From: an uncultured Gammaproteobacteria bacterium
GTDB lineage: Bacteria; Pseudomonadota; Gammaproteobacteria; JACCXJ01
NCBI GenBank assembly: GCA_963764725.1
Contig: CAVXTM010000001.1
Location: 64,001-128,000 of the forward strand
Direction of reading: 5' to 3'
Length of the DNA stretch: 64,000 nucleotides
The notes below the pieces were generated by a model, which was not told the origin of the DNA, ran no database searches, and was given only the letters and a program-made list of their open reading frames with translations. Below, piece after piece: positions 48,761 to 58,480 of this stretch (its first letter is position 1; every line of letters starts with the position of its first letter). The position numbers were made by a program, and so were the translations under genes.

Positions 48761-48968
48761 AAAAGATGTTGAGCAGCGGCGACCACGAGCTCGGAGCGCG
48801 CACAACGACATGGGCGCTTACTCAATATCCGTCCAACAAGAAATTGCAAGAGCTTAAGGAGCTTGCTTTCTTGAAACTAAAAGAGAAATACCAGGAGTTC
48901 AATCCCTTCAAGTTCATTATCTACTCACAGTCTATCCATCATGAAACGCCCCAGTTGCAGCAATTCCT

Positions 48969-48994
48969 GCCTAACAAAGGCATTGAGGCGACGC
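48969..48994 (+). other. Left half of an attC site interrupted by IS3
   Basis: GCCTAAC-AAAGG-CATTGAGGCGACGC directly followed by an IS3-like end. Confidence 0.55.
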
Positions 48995-49155
48995 TGAACC
49001 TCCCCCGAAAAAGTAGACACCTTGATCTAACCAAAGAGGAGGTGTCGGATGCCGAGAGCAGGGCTGAGAAAGATTATTCGCTACAGTGGTGAATTCAAGG
49101 TCACGGCGGTAAAACTGACCCTTGCCAGGGGTGCTGATTCAAGATATTGCACGCT
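48995..49155 (+). mobile_element. IS3-family left end and orfA fragment
   Basis: TGAACCTCCCCCGAAAAAGTAGACACC, GAGGAGG RBS, MPRAGLRKIIRYSGEFKVTAVKL. Confidence 0.8.
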
Positions 49156-49344
49156 GGGCAGGCAGAGTTGTCATTGTGAAAACATCCGAGCTTGTCCCCT
49201 TTAGCTTTATGCGGTGATCTAGTCGCTCATGCGGGTCTCCGTTTGTCTGGAAAGGCGCTAAGTCTATCCCCGGCGCCCTAGCCCATTCAGCCCCGGTTAA
49301 TCGACCCCCTCGATAATTCGGCACAGCCGGATGAGGAATGAGCC

Positions 49345-50808
49345 ATGAATACACTCATGAAACTGATCTGGATCCTGGTCCTGTGGGTCCCGTTATCCTT
49401 GCCAGCCGCCGCGACGCTGGTCTTTGAGGATGACAAAGCGCATTTCAGCCGTGCCGAGCTGGACCAGATGCTGGCGCCGATTGCGCTCTATCCGGACACG
49501 ATGCTCTCCCACGTCCTAATTGCTTCGACGTATCCACTCGAAGTGGTCGAGGCGGCGCGGTGGTCGCACCGGCACCCGGATCTACAGGGCGAAGAGGCGG
49601 TGGAGGCGATCGAGGACATGGACTGGGACCCCAGCGTCAAGGCCCTCGTGGCATTCCCGGAAATCCTCGCCCGCATGGACGAGGACCTGGAGTGGATCCA
49701 GCGCCTCGGCGAAGCGTTCCTGGCGCAGGAAGCGCAGGTGATGGACAGCGTGCAGGGCCTGCGCGAGCGGGCGTATGCGGTCGGCAGCCTGAATTCGCTG
49801 GAACACGTGCGCGTGATTCGCGAGCGGGAAGCGATCGTCATCGAGCCAGCCTTCAGCCACATCGTCTACTTGCCGTACTACGACCCCTGGTCCATCTACG
49901 GCACATGGTGGTGGCCGGCGAACCGCCCGTACTGCTGGAGAAATTGGCTCGGTCACCCGGTTGCTTACTACGGGCCTGGGTTCCACTGGGGCGTCGGCTT
50001 CGGGGTTTCACCGGTCTCTCATTTCAGTTCTTTCAACTGGCATCGGCGCCAGGTCGTGGTGGTGCATCACCATCACCCATGGCCGATCCGCTCCGGTTTG
50101 GAAGTTGCGCGGCACGGGGATGCCCGCCACTGGCGGCACGACCGCACCCACCGGCGGGGCGTGGCCCACCACAACAAGCGGCTGAACCATGACTATGGCC
50201 ACAACCGCCGCAACGCCGTGGACCGGGAACAGAGCCTGGCGCGCCGCGAATCCCCCGTGGGACGAAGCGGCAACGAGCGCCACAAAGACAACGCAGACCG
50301 CGATGAGCGCGAGCGGGTTCGAACCCAGTTGCACGAACGCCGGCGTGACGAAAACCGCGATGCGTATCGCTCACGGAACCGCGGCGATTCGCGTTTCGAG
50401 ACACGTTCAAGCCGGCATTCCGACGATCCGAGACCTAAGTTTCGTGGCCACGACGACGGATCTGTGGGCGGTGATGGCAATCGGCCGCGCGCACCTGAAT
50501 CGCGCGCTCGCCCGGAACGTCCGGCCCGGCAACCACACTATGCCGATCGCGCTGCCGCCCGCGCGGAGGAAAGGCGTCCGAAAGATCCACGCGACACTCG
50601 CCGCGAACAATTTGAAAGGCGCGAGACACGCCGAGGGCCAGATGCGAACGCTTCCGACCGTGAGGTGGCGAGCGGCCGTCATCCATCACGGGAGGCACGT
50701 GAACCGCGACGTTCCAGCCATGGCCCTGACAATCCCGAGCAAGCAGTCCGCGGACGACCCGAACGTCACGACGGCCGCGGGCGAGGGAAGCGCGACCGCG
50801 ACGCCTAG
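49345..50808 (+). CDS. DUF3300-domain protein with long Arg/Asp-rich tail
   Basis: ELDQMLAPIALYPD.LS.VL.ASTYPLEVV.AARW, WDPSVKAL.AFP. Confidence 0.9.
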   Translation: MNTLMKLIWILVLWVPLSLPAAATLVFEDDKAHFSRAELDQMLAPIALYPDTMLSHVLIASTYPLEVVEAARWSHRHPDLQGEEAVEAIEDMDWDPSVKALVAFPEILARMDEDLEWIQRLGEAFLAQEAQVMDSVQGLRERAYAVGSLNSLEHVRVIREREAIVIEPAFSHIVYLPYYDPWSIYGTWWWPANRPYCWRNWLGHPVAYYGPGFHWGVGFGVSPVSHFSSFNWHRRQVVVVHHHHPWPIRSGLEVARHGDARHWRHDRTHRRGVAHHNKRLNHDYGHNRRNAVDREQSLARRESPVGRSGNERHKDNADRDERERVRTQLHERRRDENRDAYRSRNRGDSRFETRSSRHSDDPRPKFRGHDDGSVGGDGNRPRAPESRARPERPARQPHYADRAAARAEERRPKDPRDTRREQFERRETRRGPDANASDREVASGRHPSREAREPRRSSHGPDNPEQAVRGRPERHDGRGRGKRDRDA

Positions 50809-50870
50809 CATAAAAAACCAGCGTGACCTGACCCCTTCCACTGCCCTTCCATAAGGTATGTAACAAACGC

Positions 50871-51091
50871 AGTCCCTCGGACGGCTTTTCGCTCAAGCCC
50901 TACTTTCGGATCCCGCCCTGGGTCAGTTGCGCGGGATCTAATAAGCGAGGTCCTCTTCAGAGAGGTCGGTCAGTTCGCGCGCCACCTCGCGCACTGAGCG
51001 GCCTTCCTTGTACGCCCGGCTGGCGATTCTGCGCGCCTTTTTTCGTAGCCGATAAGCGCGTTCAAGGCCGTGACCAAGATCGGGTTGCGTT
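50871..51091 (-). repeat. Degenerate direct repeat of the fumC 3' end
   Basis: Matches 52788-53011 with substitutions and frameshifting indels. Confidence 0.92.
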
Positions 51092-51169
51092 TCACGGGGG
51101 GATCCGGCCATGGACGAGAAGGCTCGAACGGTGGTCTAGTTCCGATTGCCGGAAGCTTGATTGATCTCC

Positions 51170-51186
51170 GTATAGTTCCGCTATAC
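51170..51186. promoter_or_regulatory. Probable HigA operator
   Basis: GTATAG-N5-CTATAC palindrome immediately upstream of higB. Confidence 0.55.
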
Positions 51187-51196
51187 ATTGAGGGCG

Positions 51197-51475
51197 GTGA
51201 TCAAGAGTTTTCAGCACAAGGGGATCGAGTCTTTCTTCAAAACAGGGAGCAAGGCAGGAATTCAACCTCGGCACGAACACCGGCTGCGCCTTCAATTGGG
51301 CGCTTTGGACGCCGCCGTCGGGCCGGATGGGATGAACTTCCCGGGCTGGAAACTGCATCCACTCAAAGGCGAGCTTGCTCGTCATTGGGCGGTCAGGATC
51401 GACAAAAGCTGGCGTTTGACCTTTGCCTTTGAAGGGCAAGACGCGGTATTGGTGAACTATCAGAATTATCATTAA
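51197..51475 (+). CDS. higB: HigB (RelE/ParE-family) toxin
   Basis: IKSFQHKG...GS..GIQP.H..RL, PGW.LH.LKG, WRLTF.F. Confidence 0.93.
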   Translation: MIKSFQHKGIESFFKTGSKAGIQPRHEHRLRLQLGALDAAVGPDGMNFPGWKLHPLKGELARHWAVRIDKSWRLTFAFEGQDAVLVNYQNYH

Positions 51476-51488
51476 TCGGAACAAAACG

Positions 51489-51779
51489 ATGACGCGCATG
51501 TTTAATCCACCCCATCCAGGCGAAGTGCTGAAAGATGGGGTGTTTTCGGATACGGGTATTACCGTCACCGAGGCGGCCAAGGCATTGGGTATAACCCGTG
51601 CGGCTTTATCCCGGATAGTCAATGGCAAAGCCGGGATCAGCGCGGAGATGGCGTTGCGCCTTGGGCAGTGGCTCGGCAGTGGACCCGAGGTCTGGCTCAA
51701 TATGCAGTCCGCCTATGACCTTTGGCAGGCGGAGCAGAGGCCACGCCCCAGAATCGAGCGGCTTGCGGTGAGAAGTTAG
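51489..51779 (+). CDS. higA: HigA antitoxin
   Basis: [30 protein letters not shown]. Confidence 0.95.
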   Translation: MTRMFNPPHPGEVLKDGVFSDTGITVTEAAKALGITRAALSRIVNGKAGISAEMALRLGQWLGSGPEVWLNMQSAYDLWQAEQRPRPRIERLAVRS

Positions 51780-51876
51780 TCAGTCGGCTCGATGAGTATG
51801 CGGCGCGGCCCCAGATGTCTCGCCCGGATGGGCAAGGTCAATTCAATAGCGTTAAGAACCGAGTCCAAGCTCGCGT

Positions 51877-51967
51877 ATAGGGCGCAATAGGCGATACCCG
51901 TATTTGCGCCGCATGGGTGTGTCGTTTGGCGCAATATGAAGCTGCTATTGCGCCCGTACTACGGGCT
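51877..51967. repeat. REP doublet (REPIN/BIME-like)
   Basis: AGGGCGCAATA..TATTTGCGCC and GGCGCAATA..TATTGCGCCC inverted pair. Confidence 0.7.
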
Positions 51968-52006
51968 GATGAATTGTTATACTAGTGATGAAGCACATTT
52001 CTGGGA

Positions 52007-52711
52007 TCAGCCGACAAGTAATGTCTTGATCTGAGCACAACCATCTGGTTGAGGGAACTTGAAGGATATCAGCGTCCCCCTTGGCCGCCCGCTCAGCCAT
52101 TCCTCTGGAGGTTGATCTGTCCGCCACCAGACCATTCCTTGCAAGCCCCCAGACATCAACACGGCTGGCACCACTGTGGGACCGGACCCCCAAGCATGGA
52201 GCCGCAAATTAACGTATGTGAGGAGCGGGTACCGTGCTCCGGAGAATGCACCCTCTGCACTCAACACGTGGTTCTCAGGGATTCCGATCGAAACATGGGG
52301 CTTGTTCGGCTTAGTCGTAGTGTCGGCATAGTATCGAGCCGCGTCGCTGAACAGTATAAAGCGAAGAAACGTCGGAGTATCGGGGGTAAGCGGGACCTCG
52401 CTAGACACACGATGGACGTAGCGCTCTGCCGCCTTCACAGTCTTGAGATGAAACCCATCCGAATGGTAGCTGATGTGATCCAAGGGTAGATCGACGGGAT
52501 TGGCTTCGTGCCAGTGGTAGTCGAGGGCCGCTAAGTCCACTTCCCGGAGAGAGCGTTCGGGCCATTCGAGTCGCAAGAAGGGCAGCCCCTTTGCCAGTCC
52601 AGAGACGCCGAGCATCATCTCGTCCTGGTTTATGTGGTGCGCCCAAAGCAGGCGGCGAAATGTGTTAGGGCTTGTCCTGAGGTAAAGCCTCACTGGTCTG
52701 GATCTGGCCAT
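52007..52711 (-). CDS. Hypothetical protein
   Basis: 234-aa ORF with lower GC than flanks; HISYHSDGFHLK motif; family not recognised. Confidence 0.65.
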   Translation of the reverse strand: MARSRPVRLYLRTSPNTFRRLLWAHHINQDEMMLGVSGLAKGLPFLRLEWPERSLREVDLAALDYHWHEANPVDLPLDHISYHSDGFHLKTVKAAERYVHRVSSEVPLTPDTPTFLRFILFSDAARYYADTTTKPNKPHVSIGIPENHVLSAEGAFSGARYPLLTYVNLRLHAWGSGPTVVPAVLMSGGLQGMVWWRTDQPPEEWLSGRPRGTLISFKFPQPDGCAQIKTLLVG

Positions 52712-52817
52712 AGAGTTTTTTCAAGGTCTTGCAGACGCCTGCCCCCGCTTCCTGCAACAACAGAGGTATCCGTCGGTGACCAATCTTAGTCCCCCGGGAC
52801 GGCTTTTCGCTCAAGCC

Positions 52818-54200
52818 CTACTTTCGGATCCCGCCCTGGGTCAGTTGCGCGGGATCTAATAAACGAGCGAGGTCCTCTTCAGAGAGGTCCGTCAGCTCGC
52901 GTGCCACCTCGCGCACTGCGCGGCCTTCCTTGTACGCCCGTTTGGCAATCTGAGCACCCTTTTCGTAGCCGATAACCGCGTTCAAGGCCGTGACCAAGAT
53001 CGGGTTGCGTTCGAGCGCCTGGTTCAACCGGCCGTGGTTGACCGAGAAACCCCGAATCGCCTTATCCGCGAGGAGGCGCGCGCTCGCCGCCAGCAACTCG
53101 ATGCTTTGGCAAAGGTTATAAGCGATGACCGGCAGCATGACGTTGAGTTGAAAATTACCGGACTGGCCCGCGACCGTGATGGTGACGTCATTGCCAATCA
53201 CTTGGGCGCACACCATGCACATCGCCTCGGGGATCACGGGATTGACCTTGCCTGGCATGATGCTGCTGCCCGGTTGCAGATCGGGCAGGGCGATCTCCGC
53301 CAAACCGGCGAGCGGCCCGCTGTTCATCCAGCGCAGATCGTTGGCGATTTTCATGAGGCTCACGGCGACAGTCTTCAACTGTCCGCTCATCTCGACCGCG
53401 GCATCCTGCGAGCTCAAGCCTTCGAAGAAATTGTCCTTGCTGACGAACGGCACGCCCGTTTGCGCCGCCAGGATCGCCGCGACGCGCGCGCCGAATTCCG
53501 GGTGGGCGTTAATGCCCGTGCCGACCGCCGAGCCCCCGAGCGGCAAGGCCCGCAAGCGCGTGAGCGCGGCGCCGAGCCTGTCTCTACCCAAACGAATTTG
53601 CGCCGCCCAGCCGCCCAGCTCCTGAGTGAGCGTCACTGGCATCGCATCCATGAGATGGGTGCGGCCGGTCTTGACGACGCTTTGCAACTCCTCGGCGCGC
53701 CGGGTAATCGCGGCTTCGAGATGCGCCAGGGCCGGCAGCAATCCCTCGGTGACTAGCAAGCTGCCCGCAACATGGATCGCAGTCGGGATCACGTCGTTAC
53801 TGCTCTGGCCCATGTTTACGTGATCGTTGGCATGCACGGGCGCGCCGAGCCGGCTGCCGGTCAAGCGGGCGATGACCTCGTTGGCATTCATGTTGGAGCT
53901 GGTGCCGGAGCCGGTTTGGAAAATATCGACGGGAAACTGCGCATCGTGCTCCCCGTCAGCCACTTCCAGCGCAGCGTTGCGAATGGCTTCCGCCATGCTC
54001 CCGTCCAGTAATCCGAGCGCGAGATTCGCTTGGGCCGAGGCCGCTTTGATGAGTCCGAGCGCCCGGATGATCGCACGCGGCATGGTCAAACCGCTGATCG
54101 GGAAGTTGTCCACCGCCCGCTGCGTCTGTGCCCCATAGAGGGCCGAGGTCGGAACGCGGACCTCGCCCATGCTGTCTTTTTCGATGCGATAATCGCTCAT
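52818..54200 (-). CDS. fumC: Fumarate hydratase class II
   Basis: YGAQTQRA, QTGSGTSSNMNANEV, KTGRTHLMDA, GSSIMPGKVNP. Confidence 0.97.
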   Translation of the reverse strand: MSDYRIEKDSMGEVRVPTSALYGAQTQRAVDNFPISGLTMPRAIIRALGLIKAASAQANLALGLLDGSMAEAIRNAALEVADGEHDAQFPVDIFQTGSGTSSNMNANEVIARLTGSRLGAPVHANDHVNMGQSSNDVIPTAIHVAGSLLVTEGLLPALAHLEAAITRRAEELQSVVKTGRTHLMDAMPVTLTQELGGWAAQIRLGRDRLGAALTRLRALPLGGSAVGTGINAHPEFGARVAAILAAQTGVPFVSKDNFFEGLSSQDAAVEMSGQLKTVAVSLMKIANDLRWMNSGPLAGLAEIALPDLQPGSSIMPGKVNPVIPEAMCMVCAQVIGNDVTITVAGQSGNFQLNVMLPVIAYNLCQSIELLAASARLLADKAIRGFSVNHGRLNQALERNPILVTALNAVIGYEKGAQIAKRAYKEGRAVREVARELTDLSEEDLARLLDPAQLTQGGIRK

Positions 54201-54245
54201 GGCTTTCACGATCGTCACACGCTCGTCATAAAAGTACGCGTAAGA

Positions 54246-54662
54246 TTAGCTTTGCTCCCAAGGTAAGCCCCGTTGCCGCCAACCATTGATCCTGCCCCGG
54301 TGCTTGTGCGCATCGAGATCGCCCTCGAATCCCTCCGCAACATTGTAGAGCCGCTTAAACCCGTGCTCCGCCAGCGCCTCGGCGGCGGCTCGCGAGCGCT
54401 TGCCGCTGCGGCAAATCGTCATCACCGTAACATCTTCCACCGGCGCGCGGTGTCGTAACGCCTGGCGAATGCGCTCGGCGAAGTCCGGCAATACGCGCCA
54501 CTCGGGTGCCTCCATCCAAGGCACGTGGAGCGCGCCCGCGGGATGGCCGACGTACTGATATTCCATGGTCGTTCGGACATCGACGATGACCGCGTTGGGA
54601 TCCTCGCGCTGTAGCTCGAAGGCCTCATCGGGGCGAATGTCTTTAATCTCGATCTCTGGCAT
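54246..54662 (-). CDS. Rhodanese-like protein
   Basis: DVRT..EY..VGH, CRSGKRS, EGFEGD, GW...GLPWEQ. Confidence 0.92.
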   Translation of the reverse strand: MPEIEIKDIRPDEAFELQREDPNAVIVDVRTTMEYQYVGHPAGALHVPWMEAPEWRVLPDFAERIRQALRHRAPVEDVTVMTICRSGKRSRAAAEALAEHGFKRLYNVAEGFEGDLDAHKHRGRINGWRQRGLPWEQS

Positions 54663-54934
54663 GATGCGGGCCTCAAGTGGAATACAGCATCTATCGCGCG
54701 CGGCGCTGGTAAAGCCGCCGCGCCCGTGCAGTATATCGCGAAGCCAGGGCGGGGACATCACGGCGGGGTTATCAGAGTCGAGATATTTCGCCCGCGGGGC
54801 AAGTGCCCTGCAAGCGATCAGAGGGGAGCGTTGCACGCCTCCCCTTTGGAAACCCCATGGCTAGAGTGCCGGCCGCACGCGCGGCGTTAGTGAATTACGA
54901 TTTCTCGGGAGGCATCGATCGTGGGGAGAAGAAC

Positions 54935-56428
54935 ATGCCGTTAGCCGCGGGTCCGGTGGCGGCGGTGGACCTCGGTTCCAATAGCTTTCACATGCTGGTG
55001 GCCCAGGTCTCCAGCGGGCGCTTGCAGGTCGTCGATCGCATCAAGGAAATGGTGCGTCTCGCGGCCGGGCTTGACGATCGCAACTTTCTCGATGAGGCGG
55101 CCATGACGCGCGCCCTCGAGACCCTCAAGCGTTTCGGACAGCGCCTGCGCGACGTCCCCAAGGGCAATGTGCGCGCCGTCGGGACCAACACGCTGCGCAA
55201 GGCCCGCAATCGAAAAGAGTTCTTGGCGCGCGCGCGGCAGGCGCTCGGCCACCCGATCGATATCATCGGCGGCCGTGAGGAGGCGCGTTTGATCTACCTC
55301 GGCGTATCGCACAGCCTCGAGGACAGCGCCGAGCGGCGCTTGGTCGTCGATATCGGGGGCGGTAGCACCGAGCTCATCCTCGGCCAGCAGTTTAGACCCG
55401 ATCACATGGAGAGCCTGTACATGGGATGCGTGGAGGTGAGCCGGCGATTTTTTAAAGAGGGGTTAATTGACGACGCCAGCATGGAGAAGGCCGAGCTATT
55501 CGCGTTGCAGGAGCTCGAGCCGATCTCCTCCCCGTTTCGGCACGTCGGCTGGGAGTCCGCCATCGGGGCGTCGGGAACCGTGCTCGCGGCGCAGGAAATC
55601 ATGCGCCATCAGGGATGGACTCAAAATGGCATCACTTCGGGCGCTTTGCGTAAACTGCGCAAGGCGGTGATTGCGGCGGGCCGCATCGATAAGCTAGCGT
55701 TCGACGGGCTGCAAAGCGACCGCGCCCCGGTATTCGCGGGCGGTGTGGCGATCCTCGTCGCGATTTTCCAATCCCTGGGTGTCGAGCGCATGCAGGCGTC
55801 GAGCGGCGCCTTACGCGAAGGCCTGTTATACGAGCTTTTAGGCCGCATCGAGCAGGAGGATGTGCGCGCGGCCACCGTCGCCGAGCTCATGCGCCGCTAT
55901 CAAGTTGACGAGCCGCAAGCGGCGCGCGTGGCGACGACGGCACGGGGCTTACTTGAACAAGCACCCGGCGCTTGGGGGACCGACCGGGAGGAGCACGGTC
56001 AGCTCATAACGTGGGCGGCGCGATTGCATGAAATCGGCCTCGCCATCTCCCACAGTCAATACCACAAGCATGGGGCCTATCTCGTCAGCAACATGGACCT
56101 GCCCGGTTTCTTCCAGGGTGAGCAGGAAGTGCTTGCTGTCTTGATCCGCGGACACCGGCGTAAGCTACCGCTCGGCGAGCTTCAGAACCTTGGCGAGACG
56201 GTACGGCAACCGGCCTTATACCTGTGCGTGATATTACGGCTGGCCGTCGCGCTGCACCGGAACCGAACCGATGCGCCGCTCGCGCCGATCACGCTGGAAG
56301 GAGACACCGGAGTCGTGAAGCTCCGTTTTGCACCGGGATGGTTGGAGCTAAATCCCTTGACCCAAGCCGATTTAGCACAGGAGGCGTGGTATTTGAGTGC
56401 CGCGGAGATCAAGCTCAAGTACAAGTGA
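54935..56428 (+). CDS. ppx: Exopolyphosphatase Ppx/GppA
   Basis: DLGSNSFH, GREEARLIY, DIGGGSTE, ALREG, LHEIG. Confidence 0.95.
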   Translation: MPLAAGPVAAVDLGSNSFHMLVAQVSSGRLQVVDRIKEMVRLAAGLDDRNFLDEAAMTRALETLKRFGQRLRDVPKGNVRAVGTNTLRKARNRKEFLARARQALGHPIDIIGGREEARLIYLGVSHSLEDSAERRLVVDIGGGSTELILGQQFRPDHMESLYMGCVEVSRRFFKEGLIDDASMEKAELFALQELEPISSPFRHVGWESAIGASGTVLAAQEIMRHQGWTQNGITSGALRKLRKAVIAAGRIDKLAFDGLQSDRAPVFAGGVAILVAIFQSLGVERMQASSGALREGLLYELLGRIEQEDVRAATVAELMRRYQVDEPQAARVATTARGLLEQAPGAWGTDREEHGQLITWAARLHEIGLAISHSQYHKHGAYLVSNMDLPGFFQGEQEVLAVLIRGHRRKLPLGELQNLGETVRQPALYLCVILRLAVALHRNRTDAPLAPITLEGDTGVVKLRFAPGWLELNPLTQADLAQEAWYLSAAEIKLKYK

Positions 56429-56519
56429 ACCACAATTCAGGCTATGCGCGGATCGCGGGTCCGTAGCCGTTTAGCGGGGACAATCCTATACTTAACCAGA
56501 TTACGCATGGAGGGGCGCT

Positions 56520-57386
56520 ATGGATACGCTGCAGCGGGAAATCAACGGCACGGGCATCGGCGTTTACCCGATCGGGCTTGGGGCCATGCCCTTGTCGATT
56601 GCCGGCCGGCCCGAGGAGGCTCAAGCCTTCCAGGTGATCAAGGCTTTTGTCGAGGCGGGCGGTGACTTTATCGATACCGCAAATGTCTATTGCCTCGATG
56701 ATGCCGATATCGGTCACAACGAGCAGTTAATCGCGAAGGCATTGGAGCGCCTCGGCAAGCGAGGCGGCGTCACCGTCGCCACCAAGGGCGGCCTGCGCCG
56801 CCCCAAAGGCGAGTGGACCACCGACGGCCATCCCGTATCGCTGCGAGCCTCGTGCGAAAAGAGTCTGCGGGATCTTAACGCCGGCGCCATCACGCTTTAT
56901 CAACTCCATGCGATCGATCCCGCGGTCGATCTCGCGGAATCGCTCGCGGAGCTCATGCGACTCAAGGAAGAGGGGAAGATCCTGCATATCGGGTTGTCCA
57001 ACATTAACCCGCGCCAGTTGGAACAGGCCTTGACGATGACGCCGATCGCCTCGGTACAAAACCGCTGCAACGTTCTCGAACAGACGGATTTTAAGAACGG
57101 CATGGTGGCGCTTTGCCAAGCGAAGAGTGTCGCCTATATTCCTCATAGCCCGGTGGGAGGCCACCATCGACATGTGCGGTTACGCGATGAACCGATGCTG
57201 ACGAGGCTTGGGGAAAAATACAGCGTCTCGCCATATCAAATCGCCCTCGCTTGGTTGCTGCATAAGGGCGAGAATATTCTACCGATCCCGGGCGCCAGCA
57301 AGCCGAAGAGTATTCTCGATAGCTTGAAATCCGTGGAGGTTCGCCTGGCTACAGAGGAAATCGCCGCGTTGGATCGGCTGGATTAA
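56520..57386 (+). CDS. Aldo/keto reductase
   Basis: GLGAM, DTANVY, ATKGG, LYQLH, IGLSN, PIPG. Confidence 0.93.
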   Translation: MDTLQREINGTGIGVYPIGLGAMPLSIAGRPEEAQAFQVIKAFVEAGGDFIDTANVYCLDDADIGHNEQLIAKALERLGKRGGVTVATKGGLRRPKGEWTTDGHPVSLRASCEKSLRDLNAGAITLYQLHAIDPAVDLAESLAELMRLKEEGKILHIGLSNINPRQLEQALTMTPIASVQNRCNVLEQTDFKNGMVALCQAKSVAYIPHSPVGGHHRHVRLRDEPMLTRLGEKYSVSPYQIALAWLLHKGENILPIPGASKPKSILDSLKSVEVRLATEEIAALDRLD

Positions 57387-57513
57387 GCGGGCAAAACGTG
57401 CGTTGAGAGTTCACCGCCTTTTCACAGAGAGCCTGAAAGGTCATTGCGACAAAGAGCCCCCGAGGAAGTGCTGCCGATAGGCGAATAACCCTTTCAAGGA
57501 CCGACTCAGGCGT

Positions 57514-58389
57514 ATGTGCTACCAAAATTTATATGATGACACGAAGGAACTTAACTCTTGGAAGGGATTAATAGACTTTTATTACGACAACGATAAATTC
57601 AAAACCAAAAGCTGGTGTTTTCGGGGGCAAGAAAACGCGAAATGGGATCTTCGGACAAGTCTGGAATGGGCGGCTCGGCGCTTAGGTAAAGAATGGAATG
57701 AGTTTCCTGTTATTGAGGAAGGACTCCTAAGACATTTCAAGCGGCAGGCCCACCACCACATTACCGATGTACCCGCCGATGACCAGTTCATTGAATGGCT
57801 CTCATTAATGCGACATCATGGAGCGCCTACACGCCTTCTTGACTGGACTTATTCTTTCTTTGTGGCTGTCTACTTTGCCATTGAGACCGTACAGCCAGAA
57901 AAGCCCTGCGCCATATGGGCAATCGATAGCGATTGGTTACGAACGAGGGCAGAAGCGGTTTTGCCGAATGAGGCCAAAGAGGAGCTTGCGCAAGATAAGT
58001 TCGCTAAAAACCCAGGCACAGTTGCGGCAATCATTAGACGACCAGAACCTATCCCTCTCGTTTTTACGTTGAATCCTTTTCGCCTAAATCAGCGGTTGGT
58101 GTTGCAGCAGGGGCGTTTTCTTGTCCCAGGGGATGTCAGGCGATCGTTTATGGAAAACATGCGAGTGATTCTTGAGGGATCGGAGTCCAAAAACCATTTT
58201 ATCAAGCTTAATATTCGCTGTACTCAGAAGTTCCTATGTGAAGCCATCAGAGGATTGCTCAGCATGAACATTAGCCGAGCAACTCTCTTCCCTGACCTGG
58301 ACGGTTTCTCAAAGAACCTTCGAAATCTTATCGCCATCCCGCGGGCAATTGATGTCCCAGGGTCATCAATTTCCAAAGTCCCGCCGTAA
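57514..58389 (+). CDS. FRG-domain protein
   Basis: FRGQ, MRHHGAPTRLLDWT, R...QQG.F, LFPDLDG; AT-richer than flanks. Confidence 0.92.
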   Translation: MCYQNLYDDTKELNSWKGLIDFYYDNDKFKTKSWCFRGQENAKWDLRTSLEWAARRLGKEWNEFPVIEEGLLRHFKRQAHHHITDVPADDQFIEWLSLMRHHGAPTRLLDWTYSFFVAVYFAIETVQPEKPCAIWAIDSDWLRTRAEAVLPNEAKEELAQDKFAKNPGTVAAIIRRPEPIPLVFTLNPFRLNQRLVLQQGRFLVPGDVRRSFMENMRVILEGSESKNHFIKLNIRCTQKFLCEAIRGLLSMNISRATLFPDLDGFSKNLRNLIAIPRAIDVPGSSISKVPP

Positions 58390-58391
58390 GA

Positions 58392-58467
58392 TAGCGCAGC
58401 GAAACCCGGGAGAATGCTTCGTTTCCCGGGTTACGCCGCTGCCCGCTGCGCGGCAAACCCAGGCTAC
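58392..58467. repeat. REP doublet
   Basis: GCGCAGCGAAACCCGGG...CCCGGGTTACG...AAACCCAGGCTAC. Confidence 0.65.
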
Positions 58468-58480
58468 AATTTCTACGATA

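Noticed and set aside
48715-49092. 125-aa plus-strand ORF as a real gene
   Set aside because: Chimera of DUF1772 antisense, an unknown C-terminal fragment, the half attC and the IS3 end
51835-51860. TCAATTCAATAGCGTTAAGA as an attC after higA
   Set aside because: Resembles a right half only; no matching left arm found
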